Source of the DNA: an uncultured candidatus Porisulfidus sp.
Lineage (GTDB): Bacteria > Pseudomonadota > Gammaproteobacteria > Poriferisulfidales > Oxydemutatoraceae
DNA: 64,000 nt
Direction: 5' to 3'
Assembly: GCA_965215125.1 (NCBI GenBank)
Contig: OZ244052.1
Span: 1,536,001 to 1,600,000 of the forward strand
Every line of letters starts with the position of its first letter. Within the stretch, counting starts at the first letter, position 1. Both the position numbers and the translations under genes were made by a program. The notes under the pieces are model-generated. The model saw only the letters and a list, made by a program, of their open reading frames with translations, ran no database searches and was not told where the DNA came from. Shown piece by piece: positions 1 to 9,688 of the stretch.

Positions 1-1
1 A

Positions 2-919
2 TTTAAGATAAAGGCTAAAACAGGAAAAATAATAGTGAGCGAATATACATCGGAAAAAGAACGACAATTCGCCGAGATATTCGACAAGTTACAGAGCAAG
101 TACGAAATAAACATTTATCAAAAACGCAACAATAATTTTCTAGAGAAGTGGTATTTAGAACCGGTAAAAAAAGAAATTTACTTTGCTTTTGAACAGTTGA
201 AGAAAGTCAAAAATCCAATCACAAAGAAAGTAATCACCGTTATATTGAGTCGTACAATACGCTCGTGCAGAGCAACCACCCATGCGGATTTAGCCACACT
301 TAAAGAACCGATCAGTAAAACCTACTACTGTAGAAAACACGGCAAGATATGCAAGCCTTTGTTTTCCATTTTCTCGTGGTGGAGACGCTACAGCACAGAC
401 ACGATCAATCGTCTTTATCAGTTCAGTAAGCTACGTACCGGCACCTATCAAAAATGCCTGCAAGCAGATGCCAGAAATATAGATATCCTCTCAAAGTTGT
501 CGGCTAAAGACCCTGCATTTGCCGCCCTTCTCGGAAAACAAAAGATAAGAGGTATTTTTTCTAGTCCTCCGTATGTCGGCTTGATAGACTACCACGAGCA
601 ACATGCCTATGCTTATGATTTGTTTGGGTTTGAACGTAACGATACGCTGGAGATAGGTCCGCTATTCAAAGGACAAGGGAAACTAGCCCGAGCTTCTTAC
701 ATCAACGGTATTGCACAAGTGCTGAATAACGCTAAGCCTTATTTGCAAGACCATTACGATATCTTTCTCGTTGCCAACGATAAATATAATATGTATCCGA
801 CGATAGCCGAAAAATCGGGAATGAAGGTTGTCAACCGATATAAAAGACCCGTACTAAACAGAACCGAAAAAGATAAATCCGCTTATGCCGAGATTATATT
901 TCATCTCAAAGAGGCATAA
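2..919 (+). CDS. Type II DNA methyltransferase, N4-cytosine type (MjaII-like), 5'-truncated by the window edge
   Basis: Catalytic motif FSSPPY; frame is open from base 2, so the GTG at 35 is probably internal; stop overlaps the start of the downstream endonuclease. Confidence 0.8.
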   Translation, partial: FKIKAKTGKIIVSEYTSEKERQFAEIFDKLQSKYEINIYQKRNNNFLEKWYLEPVKKEIYFAFEQLKKVKNPITKKVITVILSRTIRSCRATTHADLATLKEPISKTYYCRKHGKICKPLFSIFSWWRRYSTDTINRLYQFSKLRTGTYQKCLQADARNIDILSKLSAKDPAFAALLGKQKIRGIFSSPPYVGLIDYHEQHAYAYDLFGFERNDTLEIGPLFKGQGKLARASYINGIAQVLNNAKPYLQDHYDIFLVANDKYNMYPTIAEKSGMKVVNRYKRPVLNRTEKDKSAYAEIIFHLKEA

Positions 920-1707
920 TGACACCGGCAAAAGAGCAAGCTCAATCAATTGAAAAAATTATTGAAGACAGCTTACGAAAAAAACTGGAAACATATAATC
1001 CGGAACCTGCCGTTATGCCGTTTCATACTAGGTTGCTCGGAAAAGATCGGTTGGCTCTTTATTCGTTTATTCATTCTATAAACACAAATTTCGGCACCAG
1101 TATTTTTGAACCGGTGGCGGTTGAATTGGCTTCCTCTTCCCGCCGATTCCAATTTGTGGAACGCCATATAAAAGCGGTTTCCTTAATTAGTCAGCAAGCT
1201 CAGGATTAGATTCAAAATATAATGAACGGATTAACCGCTGCCAATTTAGAGCCGAGTAAGTATAAAGAAATTGAGGCGATACGCAAAGTTTGTCAATCCG
1301 GAGAGATTAGGCGGATAAAACCGACAATGGTAGATTTACATCTTAAAAAGAAAAGCGGGGAAATTTATTTGATAGATCTAAAAACGGCAAAACCTAATAG
1401 AGGTAACTTTAAGGAGTTTAAGCGAACTTTGCTGGAGTGGGTTGCAGTCGTGTTATATGAAAATCCAAAAGCAAAAATTGATACTTTGATAGCGATACCG
1501 TATAACCCTTCCGAACCTAAGCCATACGATCGCTGGACAATGGCGGGTATGCTTGACTTAAAGAATGAACTAAAAGTCGCAAAGGAGTTTTGGGATTTTC
1601 TGGGGGGAAACAATACATACGAACCACTGCTAGATTGTTTTGAACGAGTTGGTATAAGAATGAAAGATGAAATAAATAATTATTTTGAATGTAGAACCGC
1701 CGATTGA
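919..1707 (+). pseudogene. TdeIII/MjaII-family type II restriction endonuclease interrupted by an in-frame TAG at 1207-1209
   Basis: ORFs 919-1209 and 1222-1707 share a frame (CAG GAT TAG ATT CAA AAT ATA ATG); motifs MPFH.RLLG, SFIHS.NT.FG.SIFE, PD-(D/E)xK-like VDL...IDLKTAKPN, IAIPYNP, EFWDFLGG. Confidence 0.8.
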
Positions 1708-1987
1708 GCCAAATAACCGTTCCTTGTTGCAGTACCACAAGGAACATTACGTTATACGAGATTTAATTATTTATGGCTATTAGAAATAACACGAATGTCA
1801 AAGACAAACAGCGTGACATTATGCAGAAATGGGGCTGTTGAAAAAGTATTCACGAACTTTAGGGACGGTACATTCCCCTCCTTTGGAGGGGTGGCCTATG
1901 CATTTTGCAATGCATGCGTTTAGCAGTCATGTTGAGGTTCTGAACAAAGTCACGCCGATTGACCTACCGGTTCAATCGGCGGTTCTA
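1692..1987. mobile_element. MITE-like element with 19-bp terminal inverted repeats starting/ending in TA, containing nested repeats
   Basis: TAGAACCGCCGATTGAGCC (1692-1710) and GGTTCAATCGGCGGTTCTA (1969-1987), 18/19 inverted match; the first ~139 bp recur, diverged and inverted, at ~53888-54026. Confidence 0.6.
1831..1850 (+). repeat. IS1182-type terminal inverted repeat (solo end)
   Basis: GGGGCTGTTGAAAAAGTATT; exact reverse complement at 7021-7040, near copy at 45891-45910, related end on the transposase remnant at 51389-51403. Confidence 0.65.
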
Positions 1988-2053
1988 TTCAGCCTGACGG
2001 GGTGGTCGCAGCGTATTCTGCACAAGTGTAGTATCTCCCCTTCAAAGGAGAGG
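1872..2053 (+). repeat. REP-like palindromic repeat fragments
   Basis: TTCCCCTCCTTTGGAGGGGTGGC and AGCCTGACGGGGTGGT match copies at 6943, 44433 and 51411. Confidence 0.6.
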
Positions 2054-2092
2054 CATGGTTTGCTTCTAGGTTCGTAGTTTACGATGACTGGA

Positions 2093-2836
2093 TTATCGCT
2101 CAAAGTCCGAGCCTAAATAAATATCCCGAACTGTTTTGTTTCTTAGAATATCGTCGGGCACCCCTTGGGTTAGCACTTCGCCGGAGTGGATGATATAGGC
2201 ACGGTCGCAAATCTTTAGCGTTTCGCGCACATTGTGATCGGTAATCAATAGGCCGATTCCCTGCGCCTTAAATCGCAAGGTTAGCTTTTGCACTTCGCTG
2301 ATGGATATCGGGTCTATGCCGGCGAAGGGTTCGTCCAGCAACATAAAGGTGGGTTCTATCGCAAGCAATCGTGCAATCTCAACGCGTCGTCGTTCTCCTC
2401 CCGATAGCGATATTGCCGCTTGCTTGCGTACTCCGTGTAGCTGCAATTCGTCTATCAGTTTTTCGACTCTATGCGCTTTTTCGCGATCACTTAAATACGG
2501 CTGAATTTCTATAGCTGCCATGATATTCTCTTCTACGCTTAATTTTCTAAATACCGAGGCAGCTTGCGGCAGATAGCCTATACCCAGTCGGGCGCGCTGA
2601 TGTACCGGCAGTTCGGAGATCTCATATCCGTTTAATTTAATATGGCCTCGGTCTGCCTTGAGCAACCCCACGATGATATGAAAAGTAGTTGTTTTGCCCG
2701 AGCCGTTAGGTCCTAGTAGCCCTACTATTTCTCGGGTGCAAAGTTCTAAGGAAACCGATTTTACCGCTTGCAGGTGTTTGTATTTCTTAGCTAAATTTAT
2801 TAACTCCAGTCGGTCCTTATCGTTTGCGAGATCCAT
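2093..2836 (-). CDS. lptB: LPS export ABC transporter ATP-binding protein
   Basis: GLLGPNGSGKTT, LSGGERRRVEIAR, LLDEPFAGIDP, ITDHNVRETL, C-terminal YLG. Confidence 0.96.
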   Translation of the reverse strand: MDLANDKDRLELINLAKKYKHLQAVKSVSLELCTREIVGLLGPNGSGKTTTFHIIVGLLKADRGHIKLNGYEISELPVHQRARLGIGYLPQAASVFRKLSVEENIMAAIEIQPYLSDREKAHRVEKLIDELQLHGVRKQAAISLSGGERRRVEIARLLAIEPTFMLLDEPFAGIDPISISEVQKLTLRFKAQGIGLLITDHNVRETLKICDRAYIIHSGEVLTQGVPDDILRNKTVRDIYLGSDFER

Positions 2837-2855
2837 GTCGGGGGACGGTGTTTAT

Positions 2856-3365
2856 CTAAGGTGTTTTTGTTTTGGGTTGGATTATGAGTTTGACTCGATT
2901 TTCCTTTTTTTCCATATCAACGGTTTTTTTTCGTATGTTGTAAATCGCATGATCCCCGGTCAACAATTTGCCGGCTTCTTTGATTCTAACCTTACCCAAA
3001 AAATCGACAATGCCTTGTGCCATTTTGTATTCAATGCGTTGGGCTTCAGCTTCTATCGCATGTTGTTCGTCTCGGCGTATTAATCGGCTCGGGTTGGCAG
3101 TGGCGATCAGTTTGCTAACCTCGTCATCGATAGTATGCACTTCAACCACATCGCCTTTCAACACGATATTCCCTTGAGAGATTCTAACGTTGCCGTGATA
3201 GATGGCAACACCGGTTTTGTTGTCGTAGCTTGCGCTATCGGCTTCCAGTTCCAGTGCATCGTCGGCGCGGCTAATATCTGCGGCGGACAATAACACAGAG
3301 CATAGCATCGCCAAGGCGATATTATTTGTTCCGACCCGCATTGTCGTTTTGAATTTAGCGAACAT
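2856..3365 (-). CDS. lptA: LPS transport periplasmic protein
   Basis: Signal peptide, OstA-like motif Y.GNV.I.QG, C-terminal RVKLIIQP, position between lptC and lptB. Confidence 0.88.
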   Translation of the reverse strand: MFAKFKTTMRVGTNNIALAMLCSVLLSAADISRADDALELEADSASYDNKTGVAIYHGNVRISQGNIVLKGDVVEVHTIDDEVSKLIATANPSRLIRRDEQHAIEAEAQRIEYKMAQGIVDFLGKVRIKEAGKLLTGDHAIYNIRKKTVDMEKKENRVKLIIQPKTKTP

Positions 3366-3930
3366 TTAACACCTTAATATTGGATTTGAGTTTAATCGTT
3401 TGCGCCTCTAAGTCTACTACCATTCCGGTACCTTCGGTTATTCTTTTGTGTCTGCGGAAAGTTGCTTTGCTGTCGGTGTACGCTATCTTTCGATTAAGGT
3501 CAACCGTTGCGTCGTCGGTGTATAGATACTCGGGCATGCTGTTATCCGGATTAATATGGAAAAGATTAACATCTCCGAGCAATTCAATAAGCGCAGAGTT
3601 ATTTCCCATAGATCCTTTTGCCGCCGATAGTTGCAACGGCACCTTTGCGGGAGTTTGATAGCTAAACTTGGGTTGCTCAAACTCAAAGCCTGTGCTTCGG
3701 CGATAATATATTATCGGACTACTCAGGCGGTAGAGCAAGTTCGTTGTACTGTCGTAGGCATTAATAGTTGCGTCTTCAAATTGGCCGTTGTTTTGGTTTT
3801 TGGATATAGATCTTTTGTCTATCTTAAAGTCGGATTGCAAGGAGGCACCGAACATAGCAATCAGACTCAATAAGGCGCAATATGCGATAAATGACAGTTG
3901 TTTATACAATGTTTTTATGCGTTGATTCAT
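3355..3930 (-). CDS. lptC: LPS export periplasmic protein LptC
   Basis: N-terminal TM helix, beta-jellyroll-like L.GDV.L and G.GM..DL....IKL.SNIK; synteny; start placed at ATG 3930. Confidence 0.8.
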   Translation of the reverse strand: MNQRIKTLYKQLSFIAYCALLSLIAMFGASLQSDFKIDKRSISKNQNNGQFEDATINAYDSTTNLLYRLSSPIIYYRRSTGFEFEQPKFSYQTPAKVPLQLSAAKGSMGNNSALIELLGDVNLFHINPDNSMPEYLYTDDATVDLNRKIAYTDSKATFRRHKRITEGTGMVVDLEAQTIKLKSNIKVLNVR

Positions 3931-3953
3931 GGTTCGAAAAAAACAATATGGAA

Positions 3954-4622
3954 TCAATCCGGTGCCGGTGAGATCAGCGTATCGTAAGAGTTGAAGATTC
4001 TGCAGAATATATCTGCCGTAACTTGCGCATCGTAAAGTGCCGAATGTGCCGCATCGGAATCCCATTGATAACCGGCGGCTTCTGCGATCCTCGATAATAC
4101 GGTGTTTTGATAGGCGAGTGCACCCAGAGTAGCCGTATCCAGACTACTGAATTTGTGGAAAGGATTGTTTCTAATTTTGCAGCGACTGATTGCCTCATTC
4201 ATAAATTTGAGGTCGAAGAAAGAGTTGTGACCGACGAGAACTGCTCGTGTACACTGATAATTCCTGAGAGATTCTCGTATTTTCTTAAAAACCGCATTTA
4301 GTACTTCGCACTCGTCGAGAGCTAAGCGTAAGGCACTATAAGGATTAATGCCGTTAACCTTCAAGGCCTCATTGTCTATATTAGCTCCTTCAAACGGTTT
4401 TATATGGTAGTGTATGGTTTTCTCTTTATATAGATTAAAGTTTTGATCAACGCCGATGACAATCGCTGCAAGTTCCAATAAGGCGTCGGTTTTTTCATTG
4501 CATCCGCCGGTTTCTATATCAACCACCACCGGTAAAAAGGAGCGAAATCTTTCCTGTAGCCAACTGATTCGTTCAATGCGCCTGGTGTCTATGTTGACCT
4601 TTACCAAAGTTGGATTATCCAC
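3954..4622 (-). CDS. rnt: Ribonuclease T
   Basis: RFR.FLPVVVDIETGG, LVGHN..FD, NPFH.FSSLDTATL, AHSALYDA; start uncertain (GTG 4622 chosen). Confidence 0.92.
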   Translation of the reverse strand: MDNPTLVKVNIDTRRIERISWLQERFRSFLPVVVDIETGGCNEKTDALLELAAIVIGVDQNFNLYKEKTIHYHIKPFEGANIDNEALKVNGINPYSALRLALDECEVLNAVFKKIRESLRNYQCTRAVLVGHNSFFDLKFMNEAISRCKIRNNPFHKFSSLDTATLGALAYQNTVLSRIAEAAGYQWDSDAAHSALYDAQVTADIFCRIFNSYDTLISPAPD

Positions 4623-5652
4623 TCTCAATACTCCATTCAAGTTTCTGTCCCGCCAACATGGGGACGATTTCTTCGTCGCCGATAGTTTCCGCAACGTGTT
4701 CCGTTTTTTTAACTAGCCTAATTTGTTTTTTATTAATCGGTAGCTTATAAAAACGCGGCCCGTTGATACAAGCAAACTGTTCCAGTTTGTCCAGTTTTTG
4801 ATTTTCCTCGAATATCCTTGCGTAAACCCCCATTGCGACCGGTGCATTGAATATGCCTGCACAACCACAGCTACTTTCTTTTTCCGAGCGCGCGTGCGGT
4901 GCGCTATCGGTGCCTAAGAAAAAGCACTTGTGACCACTGCATGCAGCCTGTACTAAAGTTGTGCGATGTCTCTCGCGTTGTGGAAGTGGCAAGCAATAAC
5001 GATGCGGGCGCAATCCGTCTTCAAATAGATCGCTGCGCGTGTATAACAAGTGATGTGGTGTGATCGTCGCCGCCATGTATGCGTCGTTGTCTTCCACATA
5101 CTGTACGGCATCACTCGTCGTGATGTGTTCAAACACAATTCTCAATTCGGGAAATTGTTTTCTTATAGTCATAAAACTGTGTTCTATAAAATGTTTCTCG
5201 CGATCAAATACATCTAAGGATGTATCCGTACTTTCTCCATGCACCAACAACGGCATATCGAATTTTTGCATCACTTCTAAAACGCGATGTATCGCTTCAA
5301 TCGATGTAACACCTTGATTGGAATGTGTTGTTACCCCTCGAGGGTATAGTTTAACGCCATGAATAAAATCGCAGGTTGCGGCATCCTTTATTGTTTGTGC
5401 CGGCAGGTCTTCGGTCATATAGAGCGTCATCAAAGGTTCAAATTTCGGTACTGCTTCTATAATTCTATCTCTATATGCTCGGCATTGCGCCACTGTGGTG
5501 ACGGGAGGTACTAGATTGGGCATGATAATCGCACGTTTGAATATCGTGGCACTAATCGGCGCGACCGTTTGCATCGTGCGACCGTCTCTTAAATGCAAGT
5601 GCCAATCGTCGGGCTGCAGAATCGTTAATTCGGATAATTTTTGAGTGACCAT
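4615..5652 (-). CDS. pyrC: Dihydroorotase
   Basis: PDDWHLHLRDG, MPNLVPP, KLYP, FEHITT, LGTDSAPH. Confidence 0.96.
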   Translation of the reverse strand: MVTQKLSELTILQPDDWHLHLRDGRTMQTVAPISATIFKRAIIMPNLVPPVTTVAQCRAYRDRIIEAVPKFEPLMTLYMTEDLPAQTIKDAATCDFIHGVKLYPRGVTTHSNQGVTSIEAIHRVLEVMQKFDMPLLVHGESTDTSLDVFDREKHFIEHSFMTIRKQFPELRIVFEHITTSDAVQYVEDNDAYMAATITPHHLLYTRSDLFEDGLRPHRYCLPLPQRERHRTTLVQAACSGHKCFFLGTDSAPHARSEKESSCGCAGIFNAPVAMGVYARIFEENQKLDKLEQFACINGPRFYKLPINKKQIRLVKKTEHVAETIGDEEIVPMLAGQKLEWSIESG

Positions 5653-5735
5653 AACAACATTATATAAGTACAGCTTATAATATGCGGATTGACATTAATT
5701 TGATAGCTATATATGAAGAATTTTGAACAACATCC

Positions 5736-6944
5736 ATGGCAGATATATCTAAAATAGTATTGGCTTATTCCGGTGGTTTGGACACTTCCATCATACTCAA
5801 GTGGTTACAAGAGGAATACCGCGCCGAAGTTTATGCCTTTATCGCCGATGTAGGGCAAGGCGAGGAACTTCAACCTGCGGTGCAAAAAGCAAAGATGTTA
5901 GGGGCTACCGATGTTTTTGTTGAAGACCTACGGGAAATTTTCGTACGGGATTTTGTGTTTCCGATGTTCCGAGCGAACACGGTCTACGAAGGCGAGTACC
6001 TGTTGGGAACTTCCATTGCTCGTCCGCTGATTGCACAGTATTTGATTAAAGCGGCGGATGCGGTTGGTGCGGACGCTATTGCCCATGGGGCGACCGGCAA
6101 GGGCAACGATCAAGTGCGCTTTGAGTTAGCTGCTTATGCACTGAAGCCCGATATTCGGATTATTGCGCCTTGGCGGCAATGGCAACTTAATTCACGCAGT
6201 GCTCTGCTCGATTATGCTACGCAGCACGGTATTGCCGTAGACAAAGATGCCAGTGGTGAACCCCCTTATTCTATGGATGCGAACTTGCTGCATACCTCTT
6301 ACGAGGGAGGTCTATTAGAAGATCCATGGTGCGAACCTCGGCAAACGATGTGGCAAAGAACCGCAAGCCCGGAGACAGCCGTCGATACACCGGAGACTAT
6401 TACCTTGGATTTTGAAAAAGGCGACCCGTGTTCAATAGACGGTGAGACACTGGCTCCGGCAGAGATGTTGAGATGTCTAAACGAATTGGCAGGCAAGCAC
6501 GGCGTAGGCAGAACCGACTTGGTTGAAAATCGTTATGTGGGCATGAAATCCAGAGGCTGTTATGAAACGCCCGGCGGCACGCTATTGTTGAAAGCACATA
6601 GAGCAATGGAATCGCTCACTTTGGATAGAGAACTGGCGCACTTAAAAGATGAACTGATGCCTCGTTATGCCCGGCTCATTTATAACGGTTATTGGTGGAG
6701 CGAAGAGCGTAGCGCATTGCAACGGTTGATTGATTATAGCCAGTCCAATGTAACCGGCAAGGTGCGGATGAGACTCTACAAAGCAAATGTAGAAGTCACC
6801 GGCAGACAGGCACCGAATAGTCTGTTCGACAGTGCGGTTGCCAGCTTTGAAGACGACCAAGGCACATACGACCCACGCGACGCAGAAGGCTTTATTAAAC
6901 TCAACGCACTACGCTTACGTACTTCGGGTCCGATCAAGCCGTAG
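5736..6944 (+). CDS. argG: Argininosuccinate synthase
   Basis: [42 protein letters not shown]. Confidence 0.97.
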   Translation: MADISKIVLAYSGGLDTSIILKWLQEEYRAEVYAFIADVGQGEELQPAVQKAKMLGATDVFVEDLREIFVRDFVFPMFRANTVYEGEYLLGTSIARPLIAQYLIKAADAVGADAIAHGATGKGNDQVRFELAAYALKPDIRIIAPWRQWQLNSRSALLDYATQHGIAVDKDASGEPPYSMDANLLHTSYEGGLLEDPWCEPRQTMWQRTASPETAVDTPETITLDFEKGDPCSIDGETLAPAEMLRCLNELAGKHGVGRTDLVENRYVGMKSRGCYETPGGTLLLKAHRAMESLTLDRELAHLKDELMPRYARLIYNGYWWSEERSALQRLIDYSQSNVTGKVRMRLYKANVEVTGRQAPNSLFDSAVASFEDDQGTYDPRDAEGFIKLNALRLRTSGPIKP

Positions 6945-7040
6945 GGGTGGCAGGCATAGCCTGACGGGGTGGTTGATCGTATCTGCACAACTACATTGAC
7001 GTTTCTATTTATGCGATGCCAATACTTTTTCAACAGCCCC
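6943..7040 (+). repeat. REP-like repeat followed by an IS1182-type solo end
   Basis: AGGGGTGGCAGGCATAGCCTGACGGGGTGGTTGATCGTATCTGCACAA, then AATACTTTTTCAACAGCCCC (7021-7040). Confidence 0.65.
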
Positions 7041-7183
7041 GGTGTGTCTGCACAATGTCATGATACAAGTGTCGGTTCTGGTATCGACAGCACCCCATTA
7101 CGACTTTGTGTTGACACATGTGAAACTATAGCTTGACATTAACAACATAGCATTTAATATATAATCCTTTTAACGATACCGTA

Positions 7184-7933
7184 ATGAGTAAAACAAAACA
7201 CTTTCTGTATTTATGCCTCGCCGTTCTGTTGAGCGGTTGTGCGGCGCAATCGAATAGTTTTAGCGATGCATCGGACACCGCCGACCCATGGGAAGGTTAT
7301 AACCGCTCGGTTTTTGCTTTCAACGAAAGCGTGGACAAGGCTGTGCTTAAGCCTGTCAGTACCGCTTATACTAAAGTATTCCCCTCTTTTGTGCGCGACC
7401 GCATAACCAGTTTTTTTGCAAACATTCAAGACATTCCGATTGCCGCAAATAATTTTCTGCAAGGCAACGCCGGTGCGGGCGGTGGTGATTTGTTACGAGT
7501 ATTGATAAATTCCACGGTCGGACTTGCCGGTTTATTCGATGTGGCATCCAAGGTAGACGGGCTTGAAAAGCACAACGAGGATTTTGGGCAAACGCTGGCT
7601 GTATGGGGCGTGGGATCCGGTCCTTATGTGATGATTCCGATTTTGGGCCCTAGTACCGCTCGTGATTTTCCGTCTCGTTTCGTAGATATTTTTATGAACC
7701 CACTGGTTTATGTAGGAGACGATGATTGGCGTGATGGCTTGCTGATAACCGAAGGCATCAACACCCGCGCCGGCTTTATACCTCTGGAGGGAGTCGTGAG
7801 AGCCATGTCTCCCGATTATTATGTTGCGCTCAGAGATTTCTATTTGAAACGCCGGCAAAATCTGATTGAAAATAACGAGGGAGAGGGAGACTCCGATACA
7901 CTCTATCGGGAACTTCTTTCGGAGTCCGAGTAA
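7184..7933 (+). CDS. mlaA: VacJ/MlaA family lipoprotein
   Basis: Lipobox LSGC, DPWEGYNR..FAFN, INSTVGLAGLFDVA, EDFGQTL..WGV.SGPY..IP.LGPST. Confidence 0.93.
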   Translation: MSKTKHFLYLCLAVLLSGCAAQSNSFSDASDTADPWEGYNRSVFAFNESVDKAVLKPVSTAYTKVFPSFVRDRITSFFANIQDIPIAANNFLQGNAGAGGGDLLRVLINSTVGLAGLFDVASKVDGLEKHNEDFGQTLAVWGVGSGPYVMIPILGPSTARDFPSRFVDIFMNPLVYVGDDDWRDGLLITEGINTRAGFIPLEGVVRAMSPDYYVALRDFYLKRRQNLIENNEGEGDSDTLYRELLSESE

Positions 7934-7994
7934 GCAAGTTTCGCAAAGAGTGCCCGGGTTTTGATTATATAAGTGAATTATTAGGAGAACGACT

Positions 7995-8612
7995 ATGACA
8001 AATAAACCTAAAAAACATCTTCACCCTATAGCCACCGAAAAGTCGGAGGGTAGCGGCGATCGTATCACTGAATTGGTCGGAGAATTATTATTGGAATTGG
8101 GCGAGGATGTCGAGCGCGAAGGTTTGATTAAAACCCCGCAACGTGTTGCCGATTCATTAAGATTTTTAGTCGCCGGCTATGGCCAGGATATCCGATCAAC
8201 GATAGATACCGCTTTATTCCGGGTGGAATGTAACGAGATGGTGATTGTTAAAGACATTGAGTTTTACTCTTTATGCGAACACCATTTGTTGCCTATCACC
8301 GGCAAAGCACATATCGGTTATTTGCCTAACGGTCAGGTAATTGGTCTTAGTAAGATGGCAAGGGTCGTCGATATTTTTGCGCGTCGTCTGCAAGTGCAAG
8401 AGCGTATGACGAACCAAATCGCCGACAGCCTAATGAAATATCTCAATGCGACCGGTGTCGGTGTAGTGGTAGAAGCCGTTCACTATTGCATGGTGATGCG
8501 CGGCGTGCAAAAACAGAACAGTAAGACGGTTACTAGCGCGATGCTTGGTTCTTTTAGAGAAGACCCGCGTACTCGAACCGAGTTCATGGAGCTCATCAAA
8601 AAATCTTTATAA
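7995..8612 (+). CDS. folE: GTP cyclohydrolase I
   Basis: [31 protein letters not shown]. Confidence 0.96.
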   Translation: MTNKPKKHLHPIATEKSEGSGDRITELVGELLLELGEDVEREGLIKTPQRVADSLRFLVAGYGQDIRSTIDTALFRVECNEMVIVKDIEFYSLCEHHLLPITGKAHIGYLPNGQVIGLSKMARVVDIFARRLQVQERMTNQIADSLMKYLNATGVGVVVEAVHYCMVMRGVQKQNSKTVTSAMLGSFREDPRTRTEFMELIKKSL

Positions 8613-8725
8613 CTCGAATGTGAGGGTGGTTGCGTAATACACAAATGTGCATTTATACAGCCCTGAATCAAGCTGTTAAGCGTTATTTAGACTAAATATT
8701 TTATGTTTTAGGATTTATAAGTATA

Positions 8726-8754
8726 TTGACTAAATATGAATAATCATATATTAT
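8726..8754 (+). promoter_or_regulatory. Putative sigma70 promoter for the 276-aa/4283-aa operon
   Basis: TTGACT (8726-8731), 17-bp spacer, TATTAT (8749-8754). Confidence 0.5.
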
Positions 8755-8853
8755 GCAGTTGTAGTGGGTTGACTGCATACCCTCTTTACAGTTAATAACA
8801 CATGAATATACAAAAAATACAGGTTATAAGCATGGTGGAATTCCTATTATTTT

Positions 8854-9684
8854 ATGAATTTGGGGCGAAACGAAGCTATGATGATTAGAAAGATAATAGT
8901 AAATGCTTTGTTCTTTTTAGTGCTAATGATGCCGACGATTAGTACTGCACAAACTGAACAACCACTAAGAAGTAATAGCAATGTTGATAATACCGATCCT
9001 TATTGCGGTACTAATGGTTATCTTGAAGAAGCACTTGGTGTCAGTAGGCAATGTAGTATTACGAACACAAGCATACCTAATAACGTCTCTGATTGGGTAT
9101 TGCTTGAGTTGCGTGCAGTGGATAGCAGCAAGGGGGTAGAGGGTGCAACAACAGAAACGGTGGTCGCACGCAAGCCTGCTTTATTGCTACAGAACGGCTA
9201 TGTTGTAGACGCGGACAAATATGGTGGGACCGATACGTGCACCAACTTTAATGTAGCCGACCCGGACAACTGCCCTCTTGTAGAGTTTGATTTTCCCGAC
9301 AATACGCAGATATTGGGTAAGGATTTATATGTGGTCGTACGTCATATAAATCATCTAGACATTATTTCTAACGAAAAAATGTCAACAGCAACTACAAGCC
9401 TAGGGACAAGTTATACCTATGATTTCACAGTCCTTACGGCATCAGAAACAAACGCTGCCAGAGGAGGAAATCTTGGTTTGAAGATAGAAAACGGAACGGC
9501 GGCAATGTATGTGGGTGATGTAAATCACGACGCGAATATAAATGCTGCCGATTATCTACAAATATATAATGATGCGGGAACAACGTCTAAGAGGTCTGAC
9601 ATTGATTTCAACGGTACAGTGAATGCCGACGATGCCTCTTCCCGATTGGGTCAGAATTTAGGTCGAACAACGCAGCTGCCCTAG
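8854..9684 (+). CDS. Secreted protein with a Bacteroidota-type C-terminal beta-sandwich plus dockerin-like duplicated Ca-binding loops, lacking the N-terminal KVFLEGP strand
   Basis: Sec signal (..TISTA|Q; start may be 8878/8881), motifs DWVLLELR, ALLLQNG.VVD, YVVVRHINHL, YTYDFT, GDVNHDANINAAD, SDIDFNGTVNADD, NLGRTTQLP. Confidence 0.7.
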   Translation: MNLGRNEAMMIRKIIVNALFFLVLMMPTISTAQTEQPLRSNSNVDNTDPYCGTNGYLEEALGVSRQCSITNTSIPNNVSDWVLLELRAVDSSKGVEGATTETVVARKPALLLQNGYVVDADKYGGTDTCTNFNVADPDNCPLVEFDFPDNTQILGKDLYVVVRHINHLDIISNEKMSTATTSLGTSYTYDFTVLTASETNAARGGNLGLKIENGTAAMYVGDVNHDANINAADYLQIYNDAGTTSKRSDIDFNGTVNADDASSRLGQNLGRTTQLP

Positions 9685-9688
9685 GATA

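Noticed and set aside
1829-2077. 82-aa ORF, and similar ORFs at 44232-44507, 45746-45976 and 51380-51619
   Set aside because: Translations of REP-like and IS-end repeats ([22 protein letters not shown]), not credible genes
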